In this document: piece after piece, positions 18,334 to 27,756 of the stretch | Position numbering within the stretch: position 1 is the first letter of the stretch | How the letters are laid out: each line of letters starts with the position of its first letter | Translations under genes and position numbers: made by a program | Notes under the pieces: generated by a model | What the model was told of the DNA's origin: nothing | The model's database searches: none | What the model saw: only the letters and a program-made list of their open reading frames with translations | Origin: Candidatus Bathyarchaeia archaeon | Lineage (GTDB): Archaea; Thermoproteota; Bathyarchaeia; Bathyarchaeales; Bathycorpusculaceae | Assembly: GCA_038883655.1 (NCBI GenBank) | Contig: JAVZLQ010000001.1 | Location: 224,001 to 288,000, forward strand | DNA: 64,000 nt | Reading direction: 5' to 3'

Positions 18334-18933
18334 TTAGGCTTTCTGTAATTTTAATCGTTCTCCAACGCGAAACGCTTCTATATTTTTATTTAACGTGCCA
18401 TGATAAACGTTATTTTTAATACTCTCGATTAAAGCAGAGCGGTTTACTGGGAACTTTTTTACAGTTGACAAAGCCCCTAACATTATCATGTTCATAACTC
18501 TCTCATCCTCGAGAGAGCGGGCAAGTTGTGTAGCATTCAGTTTTAAAAGCTCACCGCATACTTTTTTAACAGCATCTTCAATTTCAGAAATTTCCGGATA
18601 TTTTTCAGCACCAAGTATAACTGAAACCGGAAGAACTTCGCTAATATTTAGCAACACTATGCCATTTTGGGACAGAAGGTTCATATAACGAAGTGCTTCC
18701 AGTGGCTCGAAACCGACTATTATATCCGCTTGACCAGTGCCTATCAAAGGTGAGTATATATCTTTTCCAATGCGCACAAAAGCCACAACCGACCCGTATC
18801 GCTGTGCAGCCGTAAAGGATTGTCCTACTATTGCTTTATATCCTGAGTGAAGCGCTGCTTCTGCCAATATTCGCGAAAATAATATTATTCCTTGACCGCC
18901 AACCCCAGCCACTACTAGGTTACACTCATCCAT
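18334..18933 (-). CDS. iorB: Indolepyruvate/2-oxoacid:ferredoxin oxidoreductase beta subunit
   Basis: GVGGQG, AQRYGSV, FEPLEALR, NMIMLGA motifs. Confidence 0.9.
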   Translation of the reverse strand: MDECNLVVAGVGGQGIILFSRILAEAALHSGYKAIVGQSFTAAQRYGSVVAFVRIGKDIYSPLIGTGQADIIVGFEPLEALRYMNLLSQNGIVLLNISEVLPVSVILGAEKYPEISEIEDAVKKVCGELLKLNATQLARSLEDERVMNMIMLGALSTVKKFPVNRSALIESIKNNVYHGTLNKNIEAFRVGERLKLQKA

Positions 18934-18936
18934 ATT

Positions 18937-20784
18937 CTACATCTCCTTAAAAATAGCTTTGGATGGGCATACTGCTGCACAAACTCCACAGCCTATACAA
19001 GAGTCGGTTATTTCTATGTTGCCTTCTTTCGTTTTTATGATTGCGGGACAAGACAATTGGCTTATGCAAATGAGGCATTTTTTGCATTTTGATTCATCCA
19101 CCTTAAAACGGCTTATTTCGCCCCTATGTTTCCGTGCATAAGTTAGAGCGCATTCTCGCCTAAAAATCACAACAGCAACTCCATTAAACTCTAGTGCCTC
19201 TGAAAAAGCTTTAAGCGATGAATCAAGGTCATATGGATCCACGATTTTGATGAATTCCACACTGCATCCCCTAACAACATCTTCTATAGCCACTTTTTTC
19301 AACGCGCTTCCCTTGGCATCTAAGCCAACACCTGGATGAGGCTGATGCCCCGTCATTGCCGTTTCCTCGTTATCCAAAATCAACACCTTCACGTTTGCCT
19401 TATTGTAAACAGCATTTATTAGCCCGGGTATCCCGCTGTGCAAGAAAGTGGAATCTCCTATAATCGCTAAAACATAGTCATATGCGGATTGCATTGCAAA
19501 TCCTAAAGCTGTTCCTATACTCGCGCCCATACATAGGCATGTGTCCATCATCTTGAATGGCGGAAACTTGCCGATGGTATAACAGCCGATATCACCCAAA
19601 ATAACATAAGTTTTATCTTTGCATCGCGATAGTGCCTTTTTTATAACATAGTATGTAGCCCTATGTGGACATCCAGCACAGAAAGAAAGAGGTCTAATAG
19701 GTAGGCTTGTCTCAAAAAGACTGGTTATCGCTAATTTTTGGTTTTTGCCAAGAAGCGAAAGTATTGCTGAATGTACTTGGTCGGGGGTCAACTCTCCTTC
19801 TAGGGGTAAGAGTCCATCACTTTTCCCAATGATCTTTGTCGGAATGTTGTACTTTTGGGATATGCTCCTGACAGCCTGTTCGATAAGGGGGTCTAGTTCT
19901 TCAACCACTAACACTTTTCGTTTCTGTTTTAAAAAATCGGCAATCAATTTTTCTGGTAGTGGAAAAGAACCGAATAATTTAAGTACACTCGCATTCCTTT
20001 TAAGTTTCCTCAGCGCGTCAAGAACGTAGGTATACGCTACACCGACCGTTATTATTCCAAGATTACTAGGATTAAAGATAATTTTGTTAAACATCGATTG
20101 TTCAAGTAGTTCTTTCGCTTTTAACTGCTGCTGTTCTAGCCATTTATGTCTGCGTAGAGCTGTGGGGCCTACGCATACCCATCTGTCGACATTTTTATCG
20201 AAAACTGGCTTCACATCTTTCTTTATTACTTCTCCCAAAGTCACAGGGCACGTGGTGTGACTAACCCGCGGGGTTGTCCTTAACATTATTGGAAGCTCTA
20301 GACTTTCAGATAAATTGAAGGCTTCTTTACACATCTCCTTTGCTTCGCTTGGATCGCTTGGTTCTAAAATAGGTATTTTCGCGAGTACTGCATAATATCT
20401 ATTGTCTTGTTCCGTTTGTGAGGTGTGACATTGAGGGTCATCAGCTGAAATTAGGACTAATCCGCCCTTCAAACCAGTGTACGCTAATGTCATGAGTGGA
20501 TCAGCCGCTACGTTTACGCCTACATGCTTCATTACAACAAGAGATCGGACACCACAAAAGGCGGCGCCTATAGCCATTTCCAAAGCAACCTTTTCATTCA
20601 CCGCCCAATTTACGTAAATCTTTAGCTTATCTGCAGCTGGAACTAAAGCTTCCAATATTTCACTGGCGGGCGTACCAGGATAACCGGTCACAAACTTCAC
20701 ATCAGCTTCTATGGCACCTCTTGCTATAGCTTCGTTACCAAGCAATAAGACCGTGTCACCAGGACTTTTTTCGAGGTATACCAT
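18937..20784 (-). CDS. iorA: Indolepyruvate/2-oxoacid:ferredoxin oxidoreductase alpha subunit
   Basis: GNEAIARGA, YPGTP, NEKVALE, MKHVG, CAGCPHR, GDIGCY, TPP motif GDSTFLHSG, C-terminal ferredoxin; GGTGA SD before ATG 20784. Confidence 0.92.
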   Translation of the reverse strand: MVYLEKSPGDTVLLLGNEAIARGAIEADVKFVTGYPGTPASEILEALVPAADKLKIYVNWAVNEKVALEMAIGAAFCGVRSLVVMKHVGVNVAADPLMTLAYTGLKGGLVLISADDPQCHTSQTEQDNRYYAVLAKIPILEPSDPSEAKEMCKEAFNLSESLELPIMLRTTPRVSHTTCPVTLGEVIKKDVKPVFDKNVDRWVCVGPTALRRHKWLEQQQLKAKELLEQSMFNKIIFNPSNLGIITVGVAYTYVLDALRKLKRNASVLKLFGSFPLPEKLIADFLKQKRKVLVVEELDPLIEQAVRSISQKYNIPTKIIGKSDGLLPLEGELTPDQVHSAILSLLGKNQKLAITSLFETSLPIRPLSFCAGCPHRATYYVIKKALSRCKDKTYVILGDIGCYTIGKFPPFKMMDTCLCMGASIGTALGFAMQSAYDYVLAIIGDSTFLHSGIPGLINAVYNKANVKVLILDNEETAMTGHQPHPGVGLDAKGSALKKVAIEDVVRGCSVEFIKIVDPYDLDSSLKAFSEALEFNGVAVVIFRRECALTYARKHRGEISRFKVDESKCKKCLICISQLSCPAIIKTKEGNIEITDSCIGCGVCAAVCPSKAIFKEM

Positions 20785-20836
20785 AGTTTTATCACCTTTC
20801 AAGAATAACAGTGAATAAAACAACTGATTTAATAAT

Positions 20837-22105
20837 TTATAGGGATGCAATTACGCTGACAGATGAAGGAATCACTGCGATTTTAACGTTTCTTCCAAGT
20901 GTTTTGAAGGCTTCATGGAGCGCATCTTCTGGAGTGTTGAAAGGCTCCATGAACATCCTTCTAACAAGGCTTTTTGGCATGCTTGTTACTGCGAATATTT
21001 TCGCTTTTTGGAGGATGTGATAACAAGTATACCAAAATACGTGAGGGCCAATTTTTAGTCCTTCTTTTTCTACGCGTTCTAAAATATCACGGGGTGAAGA
21101 TGCGTTGTTTATCCACTCCTCCATAAGAGCATCACCTATTCCTTCCTTACATGGCGACGCTAGGATTACTATTCCATTATCTTTTATTAGCGGCCAGAAT
21201 GGATTTACTGCTTTGCTTAATGTTTGATACATGTTAATTCCCGCTGCACCACCACCCGGACTTGTAATAAGAACATCCACGGGTTCTGGAAGGCTTACAT
21301 TAAACATTTTATGTGCAACTTCAACTCCTTTGTACCATGCTTGAAACGGTTCTCCTGCAACGACTCCACACACTTCTTCCTTTGAGTTGTAGATCACGTT
21401 TACAATGAAGTCTAGACCAACTAATTTTGCTGCTTCTTCCATGTCCTGGTGTACTGGATTGTTTTCTAAAATTCCCGGACGAACATTTGGATTTGTTATA
21501 AATTTGGTATGGTTATAGCTTATGGTTTTTCTCGAGGAAACGCCGGGAAGAATTGATTTTCTTCCTCCACTGTATCCCGCTATAATGTGAGGTGATATGC
21601 ATCCAGTAGCTATTTTCAAATCGGCTTCGACAACTGTTTTATTGACATAAATCTCATTGCCAAGCTTTGTTTTACCAACAAATGCAAATTCGCTTTTGTC
21701 ACAATCATGAATAGCGATTTCGATTTCTTCAATAATTCTGCTCTTTATCCTACCCTTTACTTCTTCTTTTGTGGGTGGTGCATGAGAACCAGTAGCTACA
21801 ACCACGGTAATGTCGTTTAGAGACACTCCACTTTTGCATAGTTCGTTAATAATCTCTGGAACTAACACGTTGTCTGGCACATTACGCGTCAAATCGTTTA
21901 TTATTATTACAACTTTTTTGGGATGGCGAAGAGCAACAATGTCTCTTAGGGGTTTAGTTGCAATTGGGTTATTTAACACATTTTTAACTGTTGCTTTTAG
22001 GTTTTTAATTTTTGGTAAATCGGATGGTACCAGTACTTTTAAAAGATTTTCTTTAGGTATTTCAACAATATATTCGCGTTCACCATAAGGAATTCTAACT
22101 TGAAA
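20837..22105 (-). CDS. larA: Nickel-pincer-dependent 2-hydroxyacid racemase/epimerase (LarA family); start codon non-canonical or mutated
   Basis: DLTR, ATGSH, PH..AGYSGGRKSILPG, NH, NMYQ..SK motifs; LarA-like N-terminus QVRIPYGEREYIVEIPKENLL lies upstream of the first GTG (21979). Confidence 0.85.
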   Translation of the reverse strand, partial: FQVRIPYGEREYIVEIPKENLLKVLVPSDLPKIKNLKATVKNVLNNPIATKPLRDIVALRHPKKVVIIINDLTRNVPDNVLVPEIINELCKSGVSLNDITVVVATGSHAPPTKEEVKGRIKSRIIEEIEIAIHDCDKSEFAFVGKTKLGNEIYVNKTVVEADLKIATGCISPHIIAGYSGGRKSILPGVSSRKTISYNHTKFITNPNVRPGILENNPVHQDMEEAAKLVGLDFIVNVIYNSKEEVCGVVAGEPFQAWYKGVEVAHKMFNVSLPEPVDVLITSPGGGAAGINMYQTLSKAVNPFWPLIKDNGIVILASPCKEGIGDALMEEWINNASSPRDILERVEKEGLKIGPHVFWYTCYHILQKAKIFAVTSMPKSLVRRMFMEPFNTPEDALHEAFKTLGRNVKIAVIPSSVSVIASL

Positions 22106-22117
22106 CTTTGGTCACCC

Positions 22118-22774
22118 CTATTTTGCGGAAGCCTTTTGTAACCCCATTTTTATAATTCTAGCTGTTTCAGCAACTCTCTTGCCAACTTGCCTAGAAGCTT
22201 CGATGCCCAGGCTATCCGATTTCACAGCATCTAGCTTTAATGATGATTCGCCCATAGTCCATGCCGCTCCGCCTATGTATGATGTTGGAGTAAAACCTGA
22301 AACAACTATCATATCCAACGATAGAAAATAATGGATTATTGCTGCTAGTGCATGTTCAACTCCACCGTGCCTATCAAAGCCGACAGCTATGGCGCCGCCA
22401 ACTTTCCTTGAAAAATCTACGCTTATTGGCATTTCTGGGAAGAACTTTGCTTTAACAAGCCACGTGGTGCGATCCATGAATGCCTTTAGCTGTGCAGACA
22501 CTGTGTGAAAATATACGGGGGTTCCAAGAATTAATCCGTCAGCTTCGGCTATTTTGGGAAATAGATCTTGCATGTCGTCTTTGATGATGCAGTACGTTTT
22601 GTTTCGAACGCAATGGTAACAAGCAAGACAAGGACTGATTTTTTTTCCTCGCAGCGTCTCAAATTCGGTTTTTACATCATCTATTTCTTCTGCTGCTCGT
22701 AAAGCCTCTTGCACGAGTATTTCAGTGTTACCTTTGCGTGGACTGCCGCTCACGCCCAAAATCTTTATCTTCAT
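22118..22774 (-). CDS. Iron-sulfur flavoprotein / flavodoxin-family (NADPH-dependent FMN reductase-like)
   Basis: GSPRKGNT FMN loop, CLACYHC..C cluster motif, GTPVYF. Confidence 0.85.
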   Translation of the reverse strand: MKIKILGVSGSPRKGNTEILVQEALRAAEEIDDVKTEFETLRGKKISPCLACYHCVRNKTYCIIKDDMQDLFPKIAEADGLILGTPVYFHTVSAQLKAFMDRTTWLVKAKFFPEMPISVDFSRKVGGAIAVGFDRHGGVEHALAAIIHYFLSLDMIVVSGFTPTSYIGGAAWTMGESSLKLDAVKSDSLGIEASRQVGKRVAETARIIKMGLQKASAK

Positions 22775-22778
22775 TTTA

Positions 22779-24440
22779 TCAACTCCTAAAAAGTATTGCG
22801 CCAGAGTCTGCAGATGACACGTTTCGCGAGTATCTTGCAAGATAACCCTTCAGAATCGACGGGTGAGGAGCCCAACTCTTCAATCGTTTGTCGATTTCTT
22901 CTTTCGGAATTAACAATTCAAGCTTCCTGCCTATGATGTCAATCAAAATTTCATCGCCATCTTTAACTATTGCAATTGGGCCCCTATCAGCCGCTTCTGG
23001 AGATACGTGACCAACGGCCGGGCCTCTTGTAGCTCCAGAAAATCGTCCGTCGGTAACCAACGCTACATGTTCGCCTAATTTCATGTGGCGCAGGGCTTCA
23101 GGAGACATTATCATTTCCCGCATGCCTGGACCGCCCTTTGGGCCTTCGTATCTTATAACTATGACCATTCCCTTCTCTATAACTCCATTGTATATGGCTT
23201 TAACAGCATCTTCTTCTCTGTCAAACACTTTGGCCTTTCCCTTAAACCTGAGCATTGATGGTGGAACCGTGGTGGTTCTAACAATTGCGCCTTTAGGTGC
23301 TAAAGAGCCTTTTAATACAGCTAATCCTCCTTCTTTACTAATTGGATTTTCTATAGATCTTATAACCTCAGTGTTTGCAATAAATGCTCTTTTCAAATTT
23401 TCTCTAAGTGTAGTTCCGGTTGCGGTTAAAACATTTAAATTAAGTTTATTCTTTAGTGCTAGCATAACGCCTGGTATTCCACCAGCATCGTCTAAATCCT
23501 TCATTGTGTATTGCCCCGCAGGCCAGATTTTACAAAGATAAGGGGTCTCTCGGCTTAACTCGTCAAACATTTCCAGCTCAATATTTATGCCGAGTTCATG
23601 CGCTATCGCTGGCAGATGTAAAACCATGTTTGTTGAACCTCCAAGTGAAAGAGAAACTCTTATTGCATTTTCGAAGGCTTTTTTAGTCATTATCTTTGAT
23701 GGAGTAATATCTTTTTCAAGAAGCTTCATTATTTGAATCCCGCTTTCTTTTGCAAGTCTAATCCTTCTTGCATCCACTGCTGGAATTGTTGCACAATAAG
23801 GAAGTGTTATGCCCAAGGCTTCAGCGATGCAACCCATAGTATTGGCTGTATATATGCCTGGACATGAGCCCGGACCTGGAGACGCTCTATTTTCGATGTC
23901 TAGTAATTCCTCTTCTTGTATTTCTCCTCGCTTAAATTTCCCAACAGCTTCTGAAACATGTAAAGCTGTTATTTGAGAACCATGATAACAACCGGCAAGC
24001 ATGGGGCCTCCAGTGACCATTATTGAGGGAATATCTAACCTTGCAATTGCCATCAGCATTCCCGGCACAATTTTATCGCATGAGCCTATAGCTACAACGG
24101 CGTCAAATCTGTGGGCTTGTATCATCAGTTCAACAGAATCTGCTATTACCTCTCTTGTTGGGAGAACATATTTCATTCCTTCGTGTCCCTCAGTTAGTGC
24201 GTCGCAAACAGCTATGGTATTGAATTCTAATGGAGTGCCTCCCGCCATTCTTATTCCGGCTTTTACGGCCTCAGCGACTTTGTCTAAGTGTATGTGTCCT
24301 GGAACTATTTCATTCCACGAATTAGCAACTGCTATTAGAGGTTTTTTAAGCTCTTCGTCCGTAAGTCCAGCAGCTCTTAAAAATGACCTATATGGTGCCC
24401 TCTCGACGCCCTCTATTACTAAAGAGCTTCTTCGTACCAT
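22779..24440 (-). CDS. ilvD: Dihydroxy-acid dehydratase (IlvD/EDD family)
   Basis: VCD, SCDKIVPG, GSCPGIYTANTM, GGSTN, YEGPKGGPGMREM, TDGRFSG motifs. Confidence 0.93.
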   Translation of the reverse strand: MVRRSSLVIEGVERAPYRSFLRAAGLTDEELKKPLIAVANSWNEIVPGHIHLDKVAEAVKAGIRMAGGTPLEFNTIAVCDALTEGHEGMKYVLPTREVIADSVELMIQAHRFDAVVAIGSCDKIVPGMLMAIARLDIPSIMVTGGPMLAGCYHGSQITALHVSEAVGKFKRGEIQEEELLDIENRASPGPGSCPGIYTANTMGCIAEALGITLPYCATIPAVDARRIRLAKESGIQIMKLLEKDITPSKIMTKKAFENAIRVSLSLGGSTNMVLHLPAIAHELGINIELEMFDELSRETPYLCKIWPAGQYTMKDLDDAGGIPGVMLALKNKLNLNVLTATGTTLRENLKRAFIANTEVIRSIENPISKEGGLAVLKGSLAPKGAIVRTTTVPPSMLRFKGKAKVFDREEDAVKAIYNGVIEKGMVIVIRYEGPKGGPGMREMIMSPEALRHMKLGEHVALVTDGRFSGATRGPAVGHVSPEAADRGPIAIVKDGDEILIDIIGRKLELLIPKEEIDKRLKSWAPHPSILKGYLARYSRNVSSADSGAILFRS

Positions 24441-24474
24441 GTAAAAAAGGGGGGGAGTATTAGATATAAGGTTT
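24441..24474 (-). promoter_or_regulatory. Compact leaderless promoter for ilvD overlapping a T-tract after the APC gene
   Basis: Minus strand reads TAAACC-TTATAT-CTAATACT-CCCCCCC-TTTTTT-AC-ATG; TATA about 26 nt upstream of ATG. Confidence 0.45.
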
Positions 24475-26044
24475 ACTCAGGAGGTAGTTCATAGAAGGTT
24501 TTGTCTATTGGAAGGCCTTTCTTGGTGTTCCAGTGGGCATAGATGAGGAATAGCACTATTGCAGTTCCATAGGTTAAGAGGAAGGCATAAATGGTTTCTA
24601 TTTTGGCTCCAACGATGGCGTTTAGCATGAAGAATCCAAAGAGTATGGCATTGACAATGCCTACAAGTGTAAGAACTGGCAGCGCCCCGATTGTTAATGG
24701 CAGTCCTCTCTCCCATATATGGCGCCTAAGATAGGGTAGCACGATTTCGCACAAGGTCCATTCGAACCTGATGAAGAAGTAAATTGCCAAGAGACTGACT
24801 ACAGCAAGCCACGGGCTGTAGGAGCAAAGTACTATTGCAGCACATCCGAGCAAGAAACAGAAAAGCACACCGTATTTTGGCGAGTGCCATCGTGAAATAC
24901 GTGTGAACCATTCTGGAGCAAAGCGGTCCATGGCCATCGCAAACGCGTTTCTCGTAGTCCAGAAGAACGAAGAAGGCATTCTTCCAAAGTTCGACCAAAC
25001 AACTAAGCCGCCTAAGTAGCCAACCAGCACGGGCGATTGGGGAGCAAGCAACGCTGCAAATGTTGGATAACTAATAGAAAGTCTAGGGCTCTTTGTTAAT
25101 TGGCCACCAAAGCCCTTTAATATTACATAGGAATATTGGGATGCAAAATCTCCATAGGAATAAATGTAGCTCCATGCGGTAAGCGTTGTGACCACGCACA
25201 TGACAGCAGCGCTACCGACCGCTCCGATGAGAAAGCTCTTTTTGGGTTCACTGACTTCTCCAGCTACAGGTATAGCGTTGTAGGGCCACAGCATAGAAAC
25301 TGGTATGAAAAGCGCTTTAAACATAGAATCCCAGCTAAAAACTGCAGGTCGCCACCCATTTGCTTGAGCTACAGTAACCACCTCGTCGTAAGCGCCTGGA
25401 GCCCACACGGCGTCCCATCTATCCCTCAATGTTGCAGCGGGATTCTGAAGCGCCAGTACCCACATCAGAACTAATCCTATTAGAGTCACAATTCCCCAAA
25501 ATGACATCCAACGTGACATAATCCTAGGTCCAAGTAGGTCAAATAAAGCTCCGATAACAGCTAATAGTATGGCCATGCCTACTATGAACATTTGGTTAGT
25601 TGAAAGCGATGACCCCAGTGCAACCATGCCAGAGTCCTTCATTACAACGCCTAAGAGACTTATAAAGCCTGGAATTGTATAAGCAGCAGTATAGTTTCCG
25701 AAGCCTAAGCTAATCGGATTTTGCAGTGTTGCTCGCCAACCTTCCATTACTCCGAAGAATGGACCTAGACTTCTGCCCAAGACGACATAGTCGCCACCTG
25801 AGCGGGGCATGGTCACCATTAGAAAGAACTCGCCGACACCTTCGATGATAAGTATTAGTCCTGCTAAAAAGAACAAAAGCGGTAGATCTACTCCTGGATA
25901 ACTGACTATTAGTTGCGGTGATGTTGCGAGGAAGTACGCTGAAAGGCTTGGTGCTAGTGCAAGGAAAATCACTGTGTAGGGGCTAATGACTCTAACGAGA
26001 CCCGATGTAGTACGTACGAATAGGAGCTCTTCGTCCTTCGACAT
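24473..26044 (-). CDS. APC-superfamily amino acid/polyamine permease
   Basis: FVRTTSGLVR N-terminus, MPRSGGDYV, AGEV, RNAFAMAMDR..P, C-terminal ELPPE; about 12 TM segments. Confidence 0.85.
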   Translation of the reverse strand: MSKDEELLFVRTTSGLVRVISPYTVIFLALAPSLSAYFLATSPQLIVSYPGVDLPLLFFLAGLILIIEGVGEFFLMVTMPRSGGDYVVLGRSLGPFFGVMEGWRATLQNPISLGFGNYTAAYTIPGFISLLGVVMKDSGMVALGSSLSTNQMFIVGMAILLAVIGALFDLLGPRIMSRWMSFWGIVTLIGLVLMWVLALQNPAATLRDRWDAVWAPGAYDEVVTVAQANGWRPAVFSWDSMFKALFIPVSMLWPYNAIPVAGEVSEPKKSFLIGAVGSAAVMCVVTTLTAWSYIYSYGDFASQYSYVILKGFGGQLTKSPRLSISYPTFAALLAPQSPVLVGYLGGLVVWSNFGRMPSSFFWTTRNAFAMAMDRFAPEWFTRISRWHSPKYGVLFCFLLGCAAIVLCSYSPWLAVVSLLAIYFFIRFEWTLCEIVLPYLRRHIWERGLPLTIGALPVLTLVGIVNAILFGFFMLNAIVGAKIETIYAFLLTYGTAIVLFLIYAHWNTKKGLPIDKTFYELPPE

Positions 26045-26096
26045 CCTCTCACCGACAAGGCTTTTATTTCGTATACGTAGTTATATAACTTTTATT

Positions 26097-26711
26097 ATGA
26101 GTAAGGAAATTGAACTACTTAAAAAAATGGTAACGGTCGTGGATTCCTATAGAATAAACCTATTTTTAAGTGTGAAACATGTAGACAGCGAAATTGAACA
26201 AGTCAAACTCAGAAGCGAACTAAAAAGAGAATGGAAAAGACTGAGGGAAAAAATGATAAAGATGGCCAACGCTTCGCTTAATATACCGCAACTTAAAAAA
26301 ATTGCCAAAATAAGAGAGGTACTACGTTTCATTGTGTGGAGTATAGTTTTCCTAGCTTTTGCTACATTCATGTTCACGATGATATTTGGTATGGGCGATT
26401 TTTCCATCATTTGGATTACCGCATCAATGGCGTTACTGGTTCTAATGATTCTTGAACCTATTTTCAATTATGCAATTGCAAAAAACGTTGAAAGATACTA
26501 TTCAGAAAACGCGCAGCGATTCGAAGAGACAAAAAAGCAACTGAAACATTTTGCTCAACAATTAATATTCGCTTTAAAAGAAGAACTACAAAAAGAAAAG
26601 GAACCCTTCGAAAATAATCCAATAAAAATTTATAATGTAGACTATCAGAGGATTAAAGTTAAAAAGAGTCCAGCCTTATGGAGAAGGCATTATGTTATCA
26701 TAGTTTCTTAG
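26097..26711 (+). CDS. Hypothetical two-TM membrane protein
   Basis: Open frame with two hydrophobic helices flanked by charged helical segments; start uncertain (26097 or 26127). Confidence 0.65.
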   Translation: MSKEIELLKKMVTVVDSYRINLFLSVKHVDSEIEQVKLRSELKREWKRLREKMIKMANASLNIPQLKKIAKIREVLRFIVWSIVFLAFATFMFTMIFGMGDFSIIWITASMALLVLMILEPIFNYAIAKNVERYYSENAQRFEETKKQLKHFAQQLIFALKEELQKEKEPFENNPIKIYNVDYQRIKVKKSPALWRRHYVIIVS

Positions 26712-27658
26712 ACTTCTACTCTCCAGAAATTAACTTCTTCACTAGGAGACGAAGGCAACTCTATTACGTACCCGCGCAGTATGCCAAACTTGTATTCTGA
26801 GCCCGGATTTAGACAGAGAGTTCGACCTAACTTTTGATATGCGCAAGATTCATGAATGTGTCCATGTAACCCGATGAACGGTTGATGAGTCATGATAAAG
26901 TCTTTGACAGCCTTGCTTCCAACGTGCTCCATTACTGGTGCGCCAAAATGTGTAACAGGTTTCCAGTTCTTATCAAGTTTCGGCGCCATATCTAGGTGTG
27001 TATCGTGAGGAGGGGCGTGAAAATTACATATGAGCCTTTCAGAGTTTTTCACTTTCTCAAACTCTTTCTCTAGCGCTTTTCTTAATTCGGTTTCTGGTAA
27101 TTCTCTAGGAGTGTTCCATGGAGTTGGATTGACGTATTCATAACTTATCATGGAATAGTTGCCTAACTCTACAACCCTCCTAAGCGGGTATACGACCCTT
27201 TCATGCTGCTTTATGATTTCGTCTACTTCGAAGAAGTCATCGTTGCCTGGATTAACTATAACTGTAACGTCTTTTGGCACGCTTTCATCAACCATGTTAA
27301 GCCATTCAGTTAATGTTTCTCTCATGAGTTTGACAAATAATTCATATTCTTTAGCTTTAGAGGCTTTTAATTCTTCAAGTTCCTTTTGCGTAACCTCTAT
27401 GACGTAATAACCCTTTTCTCTAATGGAATGTTTCACTTTTTCCAATTCCGATTGCGTATGAATTGTACCCTTTCTGTCGCCTAAAGAATAGTACCATTCG
27501 CCGTCCTTTTTTATTATGGGAACAATAGCCTTACCAGTCAAGTCGCCACACATCATGACGACGTTGGCACCATAATGAATACTTGTCTTCAATATTTTCT
27601 TCCAAATAACTTCGCTTCCATGCATATCACATGCGTGAAAGATTTTTATTTTGTTCAT
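26708..27658 (-). CDS. Calcineurin-like metallophosphoesterase (Icc-related)
   Basis: DMHGS, GDLTG, PGNDD, HAPP, GHIHES, NPGSEY motifs. Confidence 0.88.
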   Translation of the reverse strand: MNKIKIFHACDMHGSEVIWKKILKTSIHYGANVVMMCGDLTGKAIVPIIKKDGEWYYSLGDRKGTIHTQSELEKVKHSIREKGYYVIEVTQKELEELKASKAKEYELFVKLMRETLTEWLNMVDESVPKDVTVIVNPGNDDFFEVDEIIKQHERVVYPLRRVVELGNYSMISYEYVNPTPWNTPRELPETELRKALEKEFEKVKNSERLICNFHAPPHDTHLDMAPKLDKNWKPVTHFGAPVMEHVGSKAVKDFIMTHQPFIGLHGHIHESCAYQKLGRTLCLNPGSEYKFGILRGYVIELPSSPSEEVNFWRVEV

Positions 27659-27756
27659 ACGCCCAGATTGAACAACATTTTATATAAGTTTTACGAGAGG
27701 AAGCATTGAAACTGGAAGCGTAAAATTTTAATTTTTCCTTATATACTTACGTTGCT

